Positions 31,365 through 41,716 of a DNA stretch of 64,000 nt are shown here, in pieces. The first letter of the stretch is position 1, and the number at the start of each line of letters is the position of its first letter. Origin of the DNA: Candidatus Babeliales bacterium (lineage in GTDB: Bacteria > Babelota > Babeliae > Babelales > Vermiphilaceae); contig CAVUQO010000003.1 of assembly GCA_963743635.1 (NCBI GenBank), positions 754,595-818,594 of the forward strand. Reading direction: 5' to 3'. The position numbers and the translations under genes are program-made. The notes under the pieces were generated by a model, which saw nothing but the letters and a program-made list of their open reading frames with translations, was not told the origin of the DNA and ran no database searches.

Positions 31365-32756
31365 TCAACTATAATAGTCTTCTTCAATATCCTGGAATTT
31401 TGTATATTCACGCTCAAAGTTTAGATAAACCGTACCGGTTGGACCATTACGTTGTTTACCAATAATAAGTTCGGACAACGCCGGATTTTCTGCTTCAGGA
31501 TTGTACACAATATCACGGTATAAAAACATAATAAGATCCGCATCTTGCTCAATCGCACCAGATTCTCGTAAATCAGAAAGCATCGGCCGTTTATCCATAC
31601 GGCTATCAACCGCACGTGAAAGCTGTGAAAGTGCCAGAATTGGAACTTGCAATTCTTTTGCAAGCGCTTTTAATGAACGTGAAATCTCAGATACTTCTTG
31701 GTGCCTGTTTTCATGGCTTCGATTGGTATGAATGAAGCTGCAGATAATCAATCACTAAAAATTGAAAGTTTGCTCAGTTTTAAGCTTGCGTGCTTTGCGC
31801 GCGTAAATCCATAATGAAATGCCATGGCAGTATCATCGATAAATAATTTATAGTCCGCAAGTTGTGCAGCTACATTAGTGAGCTCAACCCATTCATCGGA
31901 AGTGATGGTTGCATTACGAATATTATGATGGGCAATACCCGACTGTGATGAAAGCAACCGCAGTGGTCAACTGTTCGGCGGACATTTCAAGGGAAAAAAA
32001 TCCAACAGATAGCCATGCAGTGCGGCATTATTCACCAAATGAAATGCAAGTGCGGTTTTACCCATAGAAGGTCGCGCAGCCAATACAACAAATCACCTTT
32101 TTGAAAACCAGAAGTCATCGAATCAAGTTTTTTATATCCAGATGGGAACCCCAGTAATACCTTTACTATGGCTCTTGATATCGGAAAGATGCTTAAATGT
32201 TTTTTTGAGCCAAATATTCAGCTGCACAAAGATTTGCTGTGCGCGCTTATTGGATATTTTAAAAATTGCTTGTTCTGCTTGATCCAAGATAGCATCAAGC
32301 TCTTTTTCACTCTGATTATAACAATCACCAATAATTTGCGTAGCCGAATTAATCAGCTCACGCAAAATTGCTTTTTCTTTAATAATTCTTGCATGTTGTT
32401 CAATCAATCCAATAGCAGGAAGATCTTCTTGTAAAGAAACGAGATACAATATGCCGCCCACATCTTCAAGTTGATTACGTTTAATAAGTTCATCTTGTAG
32501 TGTCAGCAAGTCAATACGCTTACGTTGATGATGTAAATCAACCATCGCGGCGTAAATGTAAGTATTGTGTTGATTATAAAAATCAGTGGGAATTAAGATC
32601 TCAGAAACGAGCGTGATGTGTTCATCATTGAGCAGCAATGCTCCCAATACTGCTCGCTCCGCTTCAATGCTCGAAGGAAGACTTTTTCCGACCAGTTGTT
32701 CGGCGCTTGGAGTAGGAGGTTGTTGATATCGCGCGAGTAAGTCTTTCCTTCGGCAT
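31365..32756 (-). CDS. dnaB: Replicative DNA helicase DnaB, multiply frameshifted (probable sequence errors)
   Basis: Fragments: [20 protein letters not shown] (about 32060-32090), [39 protein letters not shown]. Confidence 0.93.
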
Positions 32757-32815
32757 GCAAAATCCTTTTTATGATAAGATTCACCTTAATTACGTGCGGT
32801 TCCGCATGTATAATA

Positions 32816-33258
32816 TTATGCAGGTGATACTACCACGGTCATTTGGGGTTGTAATTTTGAGGAAAGTTTGATGGTTACTTTATGTTCACCTTTTTCCTTA
32901 ATTGACTTCCCAAAGTCTACTTGATTTTTAGAAATAGAGACACCTTTTTCTGCAAGAGCATCAACAATTTCTTGCGAGTTTATTGCGCCATAAAGTTTGC
33001 CATCGTCATGGCTTTTGCGCTTAAGCTAATGCGGATAGATTTGATACGTTCAGCAAGAATAGAAGTCTTGCTTTCAATCACTTCTTTACGGTGTTCAACC
33101 GTTTTCATTTTGCTTCTATAGAATGCTTCATTGTTTTTGGTTACTTCTACGCCGAGTTTGCGCGGAAATACGAAGTTCATTGCGTAACCTTCTGAAACCT
33201 TAACAATTTCACCCGCTAGACCAACTTTTTCAATGTCTTTAAGTAGATAGATTTGCAT
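32816..33258 (-). CDS. rplI: 50S ribosomal protein L9, one frameshift near 33015
   Basis: GEIVKVSEGYAMNF; C-terminal GKLYGAI...IKEKGEH in the shifted frame; upstream of dnaB. Confidence 0.92.
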
Positions 33259-33343
33259 AATCTATTCCTTTCATAACTCTTTAGTAATACTGATATCCCT
33301 ATAAGTATAGTCTAAATCGCTCCACTTGAAAATGATGATTATA

Positions 33344-34696
33344 CTATCTTATGAGCGGCCATACGTCGCCATCGCGGGAGCAGTAGATTGCCTCCCGGTG
33401 TGCCACGTAGATAATGTCCTGCCTGCGGGCAATGGCCCCATATTGAGCAGCCAATCGCATGAGTTGTTTCAAGGAGTTCCCTGCAAACCAAGTTTCATTT
33501 ACCAAAAGCAATAAGGGTATTTCCAATTTTTGCGGTTCATCATACCAATCCAAATAATAATCCGAACAGATTGCTGGTATAAAAATGGTCTCTACGGCTT
33601 CTGATGAAAGTGAATAATCGCCGTAGAAAAAATCGCCCTTCTTCCTGTTAACGTTCATTATTATTTTATTATGGAGGAAAATCCGATTAATCCCCGCGAA
33701 GTTTAACCAGTAATTAGGTATATATTCCGCAAAAGGCATCAGTATCGATTTGTCGTAACCTCGAATTATCAGACGATTATGGATATAATAACAAGAATTG
33801 TAAAAGCACCCGTTTTCTTTTCGATGGGCTCCTAAAATCACGGTCAGATCGTCGTTAACGATGTTTTGCGCGAGCGCTTCGTGAATTTCCGGATGCATGT
33901 TTAGTGTGATTTTAAGCGTTGATTCGGGCATTACAATGTGCGTTATGTGCGGATGCCTGGCGATGAGTGCGTTACAACACACTGCCAACTCCCCTGCCCG
34001 CTCAAGGAGATCGTCAGATAATCCCGCTGGAGACACATATCCTATTGTTTCATAATGGATGGGCGGCTCACTTTTTTCGCACACAAAAAAACCGAATATA
34101 AACGGAAGATAGAGCGCGACAGCAAGTCTTAATCGATATTTATGGTACCCACCCCATGCTGCCGCCATGCCCCAACTTGCGGTTATGAGCATGAGTAGCA
34201 GAATGTGCGGATGGAGATAGGATAACGTAAAAAGTGTTTGTGGATATGCGGCGAGTGGAATAAGCGGGAAACTAAATGGGTATCCCTGCACCCTACCAAG
34301 CATCCAAAATGAAAATCGCTGCATGCAAATTATGTAAAGCCAGGTTGAACCAATCCAACTCAGGATCGGTTTTTTGGTTGTAATACTTAAAAGAGACGCG
34401 CCCCAGAACCATATCCCTGCATAGAATGCGCTGCAAATGACTAAAAAAGGCATAACCGCATAGCGCGCGATGCCATGGCCCTGTGCATGCGCAAATAGTG
34501 CGATATCATACCAATGCAGTGCATACACAATCATTCCCCATAGGAATCCATCATAGAAAGAAAGATTCCCCTTGCGCATGATTGCGCAATAAAAAAGGGG
34601 AATAAGATAAAGAAAGATGCAAAAAAAGAAGAGCATGGGCAGCGAGAGAGCGCTATAAAAAAGAAGCGCCGATAGACAAACAGGCCTAAACTGCAT
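33344..34696 (-). CDS. lnt: Apolipoprotein N-acyltransferase-like protein
   Basis: N-terminal TMs plus nitrilase-fold triad: MPES, YDKSILMPFAEYIP, AICSD; NETWF. Confidence 0.8.
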   Translation of the reverse strand: MQFRPVCLSALLFYSALSLPMLFFFCIFLYLIPLFYCAIMRKGNLSFYDGFLWGMIVYALHWYDIALFAHAQGHGIARYAVMPFLVICSAFYAGIWFWGASLLSITTKKPILSWIGSTWLYIICMQRFSFWMLGRVQGYPFSFPLIPLAAYPQTLFTLSYLHPHILLLMLITASWGMAAAWGGYHKYRLRLAVALYLPFIFGFFVCEKSEPPIHYETIGYVSPAGLSDDLLERAGELAVCCNALIARHPHITHIVMPESTLKITLNMHPEIHEALAQNIVNDDLTVILGAHRKENGCFYNSCYYIHNRLIIRGYDKSILMPFAEYIPNYWLNFAGINRIFLHNKIIMNVNRKKGDFFYGDYSLSSEAVETIFIPAICSDYYLDWYDEPQKLEIPLLLLVNETWFAGNSLKQLMRLAAQYGAIARRQDIIYVAHREAIYCSRDGDVWPLIR

Positions 34697-35153
34697 CTCT
34701 TTTCCACGCTGAAATCATATAGAGTTCTTCAGGCATAAGACTCTGCGGATTTATGATCTGTTTTTCAAGGCAACAGGAGAAGGATACCTGTTTAACGTCT
34801 TTTTCGTACAACGTCGCCGTAATTTTAAAAAGTCCATCATACTGAATGTCGATGACACCTCGGGCAAAAATGCCTCCACCCAAAGGCCACTGATTAAACA
34901 TTAATGCCTCCTGCCCTGATTGCTTTTCAAGCACCGTTGAAAGCAATGTATACTGCTTTTTACAGATGCCGATCCCGTACCACAGCAACGCCTCTGCTGC
35001 ATATTGTTTTTTGACGTATTCCATGCGAAGTGCCGTAATTTCACGAAGCGATTCTTGCGCCTTCCATTGCATGACCATAATAAGCGTGAAGATGCTGATA
35101 AAGAAAATACAGGTAAGTACCATTGAGCCAGATTTATGCCGTAATGGGATCAT
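34686..35153 (-). CDS. Minor pilin/pseudopilin-like protein (PilX/GspK/ComG-like)
   Basis: 'KSGSMVL' plus hydrophobic helix; third gene of the prepilin operon. Confidence 0.55.
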   Translation of the reverse strand: MIPLRHKSGSMVLTCIFFISIFTLIMVMQWKAQESLREITALRMEYVKKQYAAEALLWYGIGICKKQYTLLSTVLEKQSGQEALMFNQWPLGGGIFARGVIDIQYDGLFKITATLYEKDVKQVSFSCCLEKQIINPQSLMPEELYMISAWKRDAV

Positions 35154-35773
35154 AAAATCCTACCATTTCGTATGCGCACATACCGCGATGATTGCGCACT
35201 GCCTTCCAAAGAAAGCGTTGATGTTATGCCCTGCACCCTCTTTTCATCAGCCTGAATTTGGCATGAAAATGCATCTACCCCGGATGCAACGACACTCGCA
35301 TGATGCTTACCCCATTGCTGCGTTTGCGTGTTATAGCTGCCCTCTTTACGCACAAGTTGTTTATTCGTGTGATGCCAACCAATGGCCTTCCCATCAGACC
35401 CCTGCCATATGATATGATCTTTTGCTATCGCAAGCCAAGCGGATCGATCGCTTGGCGCTGGCTGTAAATCACGCACAATCACATCATGCACCAAGACGCC
35501 CGTAAGCGCCCTATCAGTTGACTGTACCGTCCGGCCAGCCTCCAATACGGTTTGGGTAATCCATCGCATAAGGGTCATCATCAATATCGCGCAAATAACC
35601 ATATACACGCAACATTCAATGAGTAAAAATCCATTCTTTCTATTTCGCGAAATAGAACCCGACGAAGCAAAACACTTCGAGGAGTAGAAACTTCGAAGTA
35701 AAAGCGAAGCCTGGGTCACATTAATTCTGCGCGATACAACGGGTTTTAACCCGCTTAGTGCTTCGTTATCCAT
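35150..35773 (-). CDS. Prepilin-type N-terminal cleavage domain protein with extended leader
   Basis: KNG|FLLIE motif plus hydrophobic helix at about residue 48. Confidence 0.75.
   Translation of the reverse strand: MDNEALSGLKPVVSRRINVTQASLLLRSFYSSKCFASSGSISRNRKNGFLLIECCVYMVICAILMMTLMRWITQTVLEAGRTVQSTDRALTGVLVHDVIVRDLQPAPSDRSAWLAIAKDHIIWQGSDGKAIGWHHTNKQLVRKEGSYNTQTQQWGKHHASVVASGVDAFSCQIQADEKRVQGITSTLSLEGSAQSSRYVRIRNGRIL
35658..35715. repeat. Palindromic element family B inside the prepilin leader
   Basis: cccgacgaagcaaaacacttc...cttcgaagtaaaagcgaagcctggg, matching 17556-17612. Confidence 0.7.
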
Positions 35774-36127
35774 TTATCCCCCCGTAATCGCCGATACCGT
35801 ATGGGTTCCGGTCGCATCATCATTCCATGATACGATAACTTCAATGCACGATGGAGATGGTAATTCGACACCCGATATCAAAGCCAACGAACCGCCCGGG
35901 TGGGCAATGGGTATGATTTTTTTTGAGACAGAATAGCATTCAGATTCAGGACTTTTGTCTATTTGCTGTTCAATAAGTGTCATCATGATTGAAACCGCTT
36001 TACCCTGCTGAACCGCTTTTTTATAGCTGCGGGACCACTGGCCATAATGATGGATTATTGCTCCAACGAGCACTGAAAGTAAGGTGCAGGCTAGTAACGC
36101 TTCAAGTAAGAAGAAACCCTTTTTCAT
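35774..36127 (-). CDS. Prepilin-type N-terminal cleavage domain protein
   Basis: MKKG|FFLLE motif. Confidence 0.8.
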   Translation of the reverse strand: MKKGFFLLEALLACTLLSVLVGAIIHHYGQWSRSYKKAVQQGKAVSIMMTLIEQQIDKSPESECYSVSKKIIPIAHPGGSLALISGVELPSPSCIEVIVSWNDDATGTHTVSAITGG

Positions 36128-36257
36128 TGCACCCTTTTTACTGATTGTCTAAAATAGAGTATAATATTATATACATACATTGACGGTTACCTTTACCATA
36201 GTATGGATAATTAAAAAGTTACAAGAATAACATGCCCAATGCAGGAGGAGTAAATCC

Positions 36258-38036
36258 ATGCACGCTAAAAACACATTTCGTCACCTACTTTTAGCCATTC
36301 TGAGCGTCACCGCACTCTGTTTTAACCTATCATATGCTGGTGCGCCAAACATGATGTTCAATCCGCCGAGCATGGAAGAAATTGAAGCGCAAATTGATGA
36401 ATTTGTGCGCAGTTTACCGCCTGAACAACAAAAACAATTTTATAAAGACGTTGAAGAATTAACCGGCATCATGGAAAAAATGTCTCCTGATGAGCTTAGC
36501 GAATTTGTCGGCAGCGTATTTACTGAGGCAGGACTTATTGAGCCTGGTCCAGCACCAATGCCGCAACCCGAAGCTAAAAAGGTTGAACCGACGGTGGTCA
36601 AAGAGGCAAAGCCAGGAGCAGTAATTACTACCGCGCCAAGTGGCCCAACTGAAACCGCCATTAATATGCTCAAAACAATTATCGCGCGCACACAAGAATT
36701 CATGCGTAAGGCGCTTATGATTCCGGAACTTCCTGGCACTATGGATAAATGGGTCAGACAAGAAAAGTTACGTGAAATACCAACGAGCAAAGTAAACTGG
36801 AAAACCCTCGATTGGTCGACGGTGGAAAAACAGATTGATGATTTTAGCAATCTGTTACATAAACTCCAAGAAGTCGATGATAAAACAGGTCAATATCGCC
36901 ACATCGGCAATCTGATCAAGGATGTAGCGCTCTATAGCAATCTAAATGCATTAGAAGTAATCCTGACGAATTTCGTACCCGATATTAAGGTCCCTGATTT
37001 TGGTCTTGATAAAACATCAGAGCCTTCGCTCAAAGCTATTCGCCAAGTGCTCAATCAATATCTTGAATCATTCCATTTATTGAATGTGCCAACCTCAATT
37101 GAAAATGTATTGAAGCTTTATGAACCGCGCGCGAAAGAACTGAGCGAAGAAGAAGCTGCTTTAGTAAAAAAAGCAAAAGAAGAAGCTCAAAAACCTCGCG
37201 TCTCTACCCCTGGCGTCAAAACACCGGGCACTAAGGCACCTTCTACAGGCTATGAACCCTCATATGGTTATGGTGATTATTATGGTGGTGATTACGGATA
37301 TATGCCATCATACTCGCCTCATGACTATTTCGGTCCATCATCTGATTACGGCCCAACACCATCTACCGGCGGCGGCACATTCGGTGCTGGTAAAGGGGCT
37401 GGTGCAGGAGCTGGAAAACCTGGTGAAGCCAAAAAAGAAGAAAAAGAAGGCGGCAAAGAAGGCAAAGAAGGTGCAAAAAAAGAAGAAGGTAAACCTGGAG
37501 CTAAAAAAGATGAAGTTAAAAAAGAAAGCGACACCGATCGCAAACTTTGGAAACTACAAGATAAAATAGAAGCAGTTATCGATTCATTAAAAGCATTCGA
37601 TGTCGTATTCACCAAATTTAAGGATCAGTTTGCCACTGGTTTTGATAAAACATTCATCGATACGAAGCTGCAAGATTTAGTGCTCGCTATACAAACAGCA
37701 GATAAGGAAATTAAGAAATCTATCGAAGATATCAAGGCGTTCAAAAAGAGCCTTGATAAGATGAACAAACCAACTCAAGATTATTATAAAAAGGAATTGA
37801 CTAAAGCATTTAAAGACTCAGTCAAATTTCTTGAAACCCTTGAGACGGATATTAAAACCATTGAAGAAAAAGCAGGATCTCCATTCAGAAGCGAATTGAA
37901 CAAGGATAAACTATATGTTTATTTTGGCGAAGGCACTGGATCTGCTGACGTAGTTGCCAAATTACCTACACCTCCTGTGGTCACCATGAAAAATCTTGCA
38001 GAAACTATCAGGAAGCTTAAAGACGCAGCAAAGTAA
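36258..38036 (+). CDS. Hypothetical secreted protein with Pro-, Gly/Tyr- and Lys/Glu-rich low-complexity regions
   Basis: AGGAGGAG SD, signal peptide, 592-aa ORF. Confidence 0.8.
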   Translation: MHAKNTFRHLLLAILSVTALCFNLSYAGAPNMMFNPPSMEEIEAQIDEFVRSLPPEQQKQFYKDVEELTGIMEKMSPDELSEFVGSVFTEAGLIEPGPAPMPQPEAKKVEPTVVKEAKPGAVITTAPSGPTETAINMLKTIIARTQEFMRKALMIPELPGTMDKWVRQEKLREIPTSKVNWKTLDWSTVEKQIDDFSNLLHKLQEVDDKTGQYRHIGNLIKDVALYSNLNALEVILTNFVPDIKVPDFGLDKTSEPSLKAIRQVLNQYLESFHLLNVPTSIENVLKLYEPRAKELSEEEAALVKKAKEEAQKPRVSTPGVKTPGTKAPSTGYEPSYGYGDYYGGDYGYMPSYSPHDYFGPSSDYGPTPSTGGGTFGAGKGAGAGAGKPGEAKKEEKEGGKEGKEGAKKEEGKPGAKKDEVKKESDTDRKLWKLQDKIEAVIDSLKAFDVVFTKFKDQFATGFDKTFIDTKLQDLVLAIQTADKEIKKSIEDIKAFKKSLDKMNKPTQDYYKKELTKAFKDSVKFLETLETDIKTIEEKAGSPFRSELNKDKLYVYFGEGTGSADVVAKLPTPPVVTMKNLAETIRKLKDAAK

Positions 38037-38059
38037 ATCATTCAAATAATACAAAAAAG

Positions 38060-38093
38060 GAAAAGGCCCTTGCGATTATGCAAGGGCCTTTTT
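38060..38093 (+). terminator. Intrinsic terminator
   Basis: aaaaggcccttgc...gcaagggccttttt. Confidence 0.75.
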
Positions 38094-38174
38094 GTTACTA
38101 TCACGCCACAACTTCAGTGTCAGCTGATTATTTCATATTATAGTGGCCAACATAAATTATCGGAAGGCTTGGCT

Positions 38175-38352
38175 CTGTGAACCAAATTTAAACTTTAGGT
38201 TCATAAAATAATCCCAATTTAGTAACACCCTAACGAAGAACCAAAAATCTCTCGATCGTCTTTGCAAAGACGATCGACGATCATTGACTTACATTAAGTC
38301 CGCATTGATTAAAATTGTTAGATTTTCAGGGTTCTCTAAATTTGGTTCACAG
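38175..38352. mobile_element. Candidate MITE (non-autonomous IS derivative)
   Basis: Perfect 16-bp terminal inverted repeats ctgtgaaccaaattta / taaatttggttcacag around a non-coding core. Confidence 0.5.
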
Positions 38353-38356
38353 CAGA

Positions 38357-38692
38357 CTAATCACGAACAGAATAATCAACAGACTTAGTATGCATGTGTT
38401 CCGGATCAATGCCGTCAGTCACGTTTGCTGATAGAGTTTTATTATTTAAGAATTTTATAGATGAAAAACTTGCGCTGTTAGATGAAAACCAGCTGTTGCC
38501 ACTGCACGCGATAGTTTTTATTGCTGCCATAGTTTTTGCGTTCGAGATTTGTATTGATTTGCCATTAACTATAGTTGCAATCACCGTGCCATCTGGAGAA
38601 GTTGCAGTCAAACCCTCTTGTTGCATTGCACACACATTCACCGCGCACAGTAACAATACCATATTCATTTTTATGCGATAGTTCATATACAT
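38357..38692 (-). CDS. Small secreted protein with a WD40-like fragment
   Basis: Signal peptide ending VCAM; 'SPDGTVIAT...IQISNAKT'. Confidence 0.6.
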   Translation of the reverse strand: MYMNYRIKMNMVLLLCAVNVCAMQQEGLTATSPDGTVIATIVNGKSIQISNAKTMAAIKTIACSGNSWFSSNSASFSSIKFLNNKTLSANVTDGIDPEHMHTKSVDYSVRD

Positions 38693-38799
38693 ACTTGGTC
38701 CTTTTAAAAAGCGTTAACAAACACCAAAACCATACTACAAAATTCAGGAATAAAAAAGACCCTCAATTACGAGGGCCTTTTTATAAGACGAATAACAAT

Positions 38800-40263
38800 T
38801 TAGATAGTTATTTTTTTATGCGGCGTCGTTAAAAATGAGGTAAATTGCCATTCATCTTCCGGCTCGATAACGTTGTCCGTGTAATCGATAAATGTTTTTT
38901 TGATGCTAAGCGGAGACCATTCAACAGGTTGAGAAATAAAGGTGCCAAGATATGGTTTTGCAAACGTTAATATTTCTTTGTGATTAAGATCGTCAGGTAA
39001 ACAAATGCCTTCTTCTGGATGATTCATGAGATATTGAGTCGCCGCAGCTATCGAAATCGCAACTTGCACCGTTGTTGCACTCTGATTGGGCACTAATGTG
39101 CGCGCTTGATGAATATCTAATACACTGCCAATCCACCATGATTTAAAATCATGCCCCATAAGCAGACAACCAAGTTCATCTGCACCGTCAAGAATATCAT
39201 CACTTAAGATACGCAGATTTGGTTGCATTTCTAATTGTCTCATTTTCAATTCATATAATGAGCTCAAGGTAGAATCTGAAACACAATACGCATAATGCAC
39301 GGTCGGCCGATAGATTGCTTTATCACCCTGCCACACCGTCAGGCGATCAGAAATTCCAAATGCTTCTCCATGTCGAATAACCATGCCAATAATTTCACCG
39401 CTCGGCACCCAAGAACGCACATGCGTATCCATACCTTTTGTTTGAAGACACACTTGATTCTGAGGACCCTCTTTGTGAAACATGATGCCTTCGGGTGCGA
39501 ACTTTTCATGCGTACCCCATCCTAATTCTGAGGGAGCTATCCCCTCTTCATAAAGCCCTGGTATGCTCCAGGTATTTACAAATTCATTCACCTTTTTAGG
39601 AGCACTTGTGATTTGGGAATCTCGTTCGGAAATATGTATGGTTTTTACGCCGAGCAGGTGCGCAAGTTGGGCAAAATTTTTTTGAGCTAAATACTTTTCC
39701 AATTCTTTACTGCGGGGACTTTTCGGATCCTTTGCAATTACTGCCTGCGCAATATCTTCGAGCGCTTGTTTGGTAAAATGAGAAACAAGACCAGGATTAG
39801 CGCCGTGATCTAAAATCGCCGTTGCTCCTTTCTTATCCCAACTATTCATCAGTTTGCGCAATGCCATTTGGCGAGCGTAAAGTGTAAGCTCTCGAGGATC
39901 TTTTCGCTGCGCACCATGATAGGCATCCCATAATTCTATTGAGCTGTTAAGGTAACGAACGTTATGATCATGACACCACTGCAACAATGCGCAGGTATCC
40001 ATTTCCCATCCAAGATCAATAAAAATATCCCCTGGCGACAAATACTTCTTGAGTATGGCAGCATAGTTTTCAGGAGTAATGCGCTCTTGAATATAGGTAA
40101 TGCCCTTTTTTAAAAGATCCGCGATGCGCGATCGATTATCAGTAAAATCCATTACGGTAATACGCGATGGATCTATGTTAAGCTCTTTGATCAAAAGCGG
40201 TAAAGCGCACTGGGAAACGGCACCACACCCCACCACAAAAATACGTCCACGAAATGCTTCCAT
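38800..40263 (-). CDS. hss: Homospermidine synthase
   Basis: GCGAV Rossmann motif, HGANPGLVS, FVNTWS, ELGWGTHE, RPTVHYAY, GADELG. Confidence 0.93.
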   Translation of the reverse strand: MEAFRGRIFVVGCGAVSQCALPLLIKELNIDPSRITVMDFTDNRSRIADLLKKGITYIQERITPENYAAILKKYLSPGDIFIDLGWEMDTCALLQWCHDHNVRYLNSSIELWDAYHGAQRKDPRELTLYARQMALRKLMNSWDKKGATAILDHGANPGLVSHFTKQALEDIAQAVIAKDPKSPRSKELEKYLAQKNFAQLAHLLGVKTIHISERDSQITSAPKKVNEFVNTWSIPGLYEEGIAPSELGWGTHEKFAPEGIMFHKEGPQNQVCLQTKGMDTHVRSWVPSGEIIGMVIRHGEAFGISDRLTVWQGDKAIYRPTVHYAYCVSDSTLSSLYELKMRQLEMQPNLRILSDDILDGADELGCLLMGHDFKSWWIGSVLDIHQARTLVPNQSATTVQVAISIAAATQYLMNHPEEGICLPDDLNHKEILTFAKPYLGTFISQPVEWSPLSIKKTFIDYTDNVIEPEDEWQFTSFLTTPHKKITI

Positions 40264-40526
40264 TACAAAAACCTCCTTTTAATGTTCATGACGATCCGAC
40301 TATACCAAAAAAAGATCCTCAATTACGAAGGTCTTTCTCTGAAAAGGATAAAAAAGTCTAGGATATTGTATTCTAAGGCACTTCAAGACCTTGAAAAACT
40401 TGAAAATGAACTCAAACACCTTGAATGAAAATATAAGAATTTAAAAGACCCTCAATTGCGAGGGTCTTTTGCGTATCATGAATAAGCCATGTTAGTTAGA
40501 AGATTAGACATCTCTATCCTGAAGCA

Positions 40527-41657
40527 TCATTCCGGAAACATATTTTCTAATGCCTTCTTATAACGATGCTCCGCAAGCGCTTGCGTGATCCATTCATCTT
40601 CATTGCATGCGTATCCCTTTTTGCGGCACCATCTCAAATAGTGCACCGCAAGTGGATTTTCAACGGTTAAACACGCATGAATACGCGCAAGGCCATCATG
40701 TGATCCCGTTGCAAGCAGTTCACCATCAGGCGAAAATGCCACTGACCAAACCCAATCACCATGCTTAATGGTATGCAACACTGCACCCGTAGTAGCCTTG
40801 ATTATCCGTGCATTATTATCACCTGATCCCGTTGCAAGCAGTGCACCATTAGGCGAAAATGCCACTGAAATAACCCAATCACCATGCTTAATGGTATGTA
40901 ACACCGCACCCGTAGCAGCTTCGATTATCCGTGCATTCTTATCACCTGATCCCGTTGCAAGCAGTTCACCATCAGGCGAAAATGCCACTGAACAAACCCA
41001 ATCACCATGCTTAATTTTATGTAACACTGCACCCGTAGTAGCATTGATTATCCGTGCATTATTATCACCTGATCCCGTTGCAAGCAGTTCACTATTGGGC
41101 GAAAATGCCACTGAATAAACCGAACCATAATGCTCAATAGTTTTGAAACGACCCCATATCTGAGGCATATACTCATCAATCATCTGCCTTGATGCTTCAG
41201 AAAGCGAAAGTGCTGGATGCTGCGCAGCATCTTCATGCAACGACCGCATTGACTCATCAGACACCAACCTTTTTGCCATTGCGCTCGCATATTTTTTTGT
41301 TGATATCGATGCGCCTAAATATATCGCTCCATCAAGCAAGGGCTTGGCACTCTCAATGCTCAAAGAATTATCATCATTCGCTTGCGCATCATCAGCATCA
41401 CGCACCAATCGCTTTAAAATTGCAGCGGAAATACATCCCAACGGAATCGGTTCACTTTGCGCCGCGTAATCAATCGCGCCATCCGCTGTTTTTGAGAATG
41501 CGTCCTCCACGACATCTTTAATCGTTCCGAACAACGGCACTTTACTTGCATCAAGCATTACCGTTTCATTATCATTGCTCTTCACTGCAAGCTGCATCGC
41601 CTGCAGATTACTCATTGAAAGTCCCAGCACAGCCATCAATATCACTATTCGTTTCAT
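40527..41657 (-). CDS. Secreted Skp1/BTB-like + WD40 protein (4 repeats)
   Basis: MKRIVILM signal peptide, Skp1-like domain, 41-aa WD40 repeats. Confidence 0.9.
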   Translation of the reverse strand: MKRIVILMAVLGLSMSNLQAMQLAVKSNDNETVMLDASKVPLFGTIKDVVEDAFSKTADGAIDYAAQSEPIPLGCISAAILKRLVRDADDAQANDDNSLSIESAKPLLDGAIYLGASISTKKYASAMAKRLVSDESMRSLHEDAAQHPALSLSEASRQMIDEYMPQIWGRFKTIEHYGSVYSVAFSPNSELLATGSGDNNARIINATTGAVLHKIKHGDWVCSVAFSPDGELLATGSGDKNARIIEAATGAVLHTIKHGDWVISVAFSPNGALLATGSGDNNARIIKATTGAVLHTIKHGDWVWSVAFSPDGELLATGSHDGLARIHACLTVENPLAVHYLRWCRKKGYACNEDEWITQALAEHRYKKALENMFPE

Positions 41658-41716
41658 ATTCTTTTTTCGATTACAAGGATATATAATTTTTTTTACCGTA
41701 TTCAACATGAATCTTC

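Noticed and set aside
32797..32826. Second dif-like sequence (gttccgcatgtataatattatgcagg)
   Set aside because: Poor XerD arm and it overlaps the rplI stop; 27649-27676 fits much better
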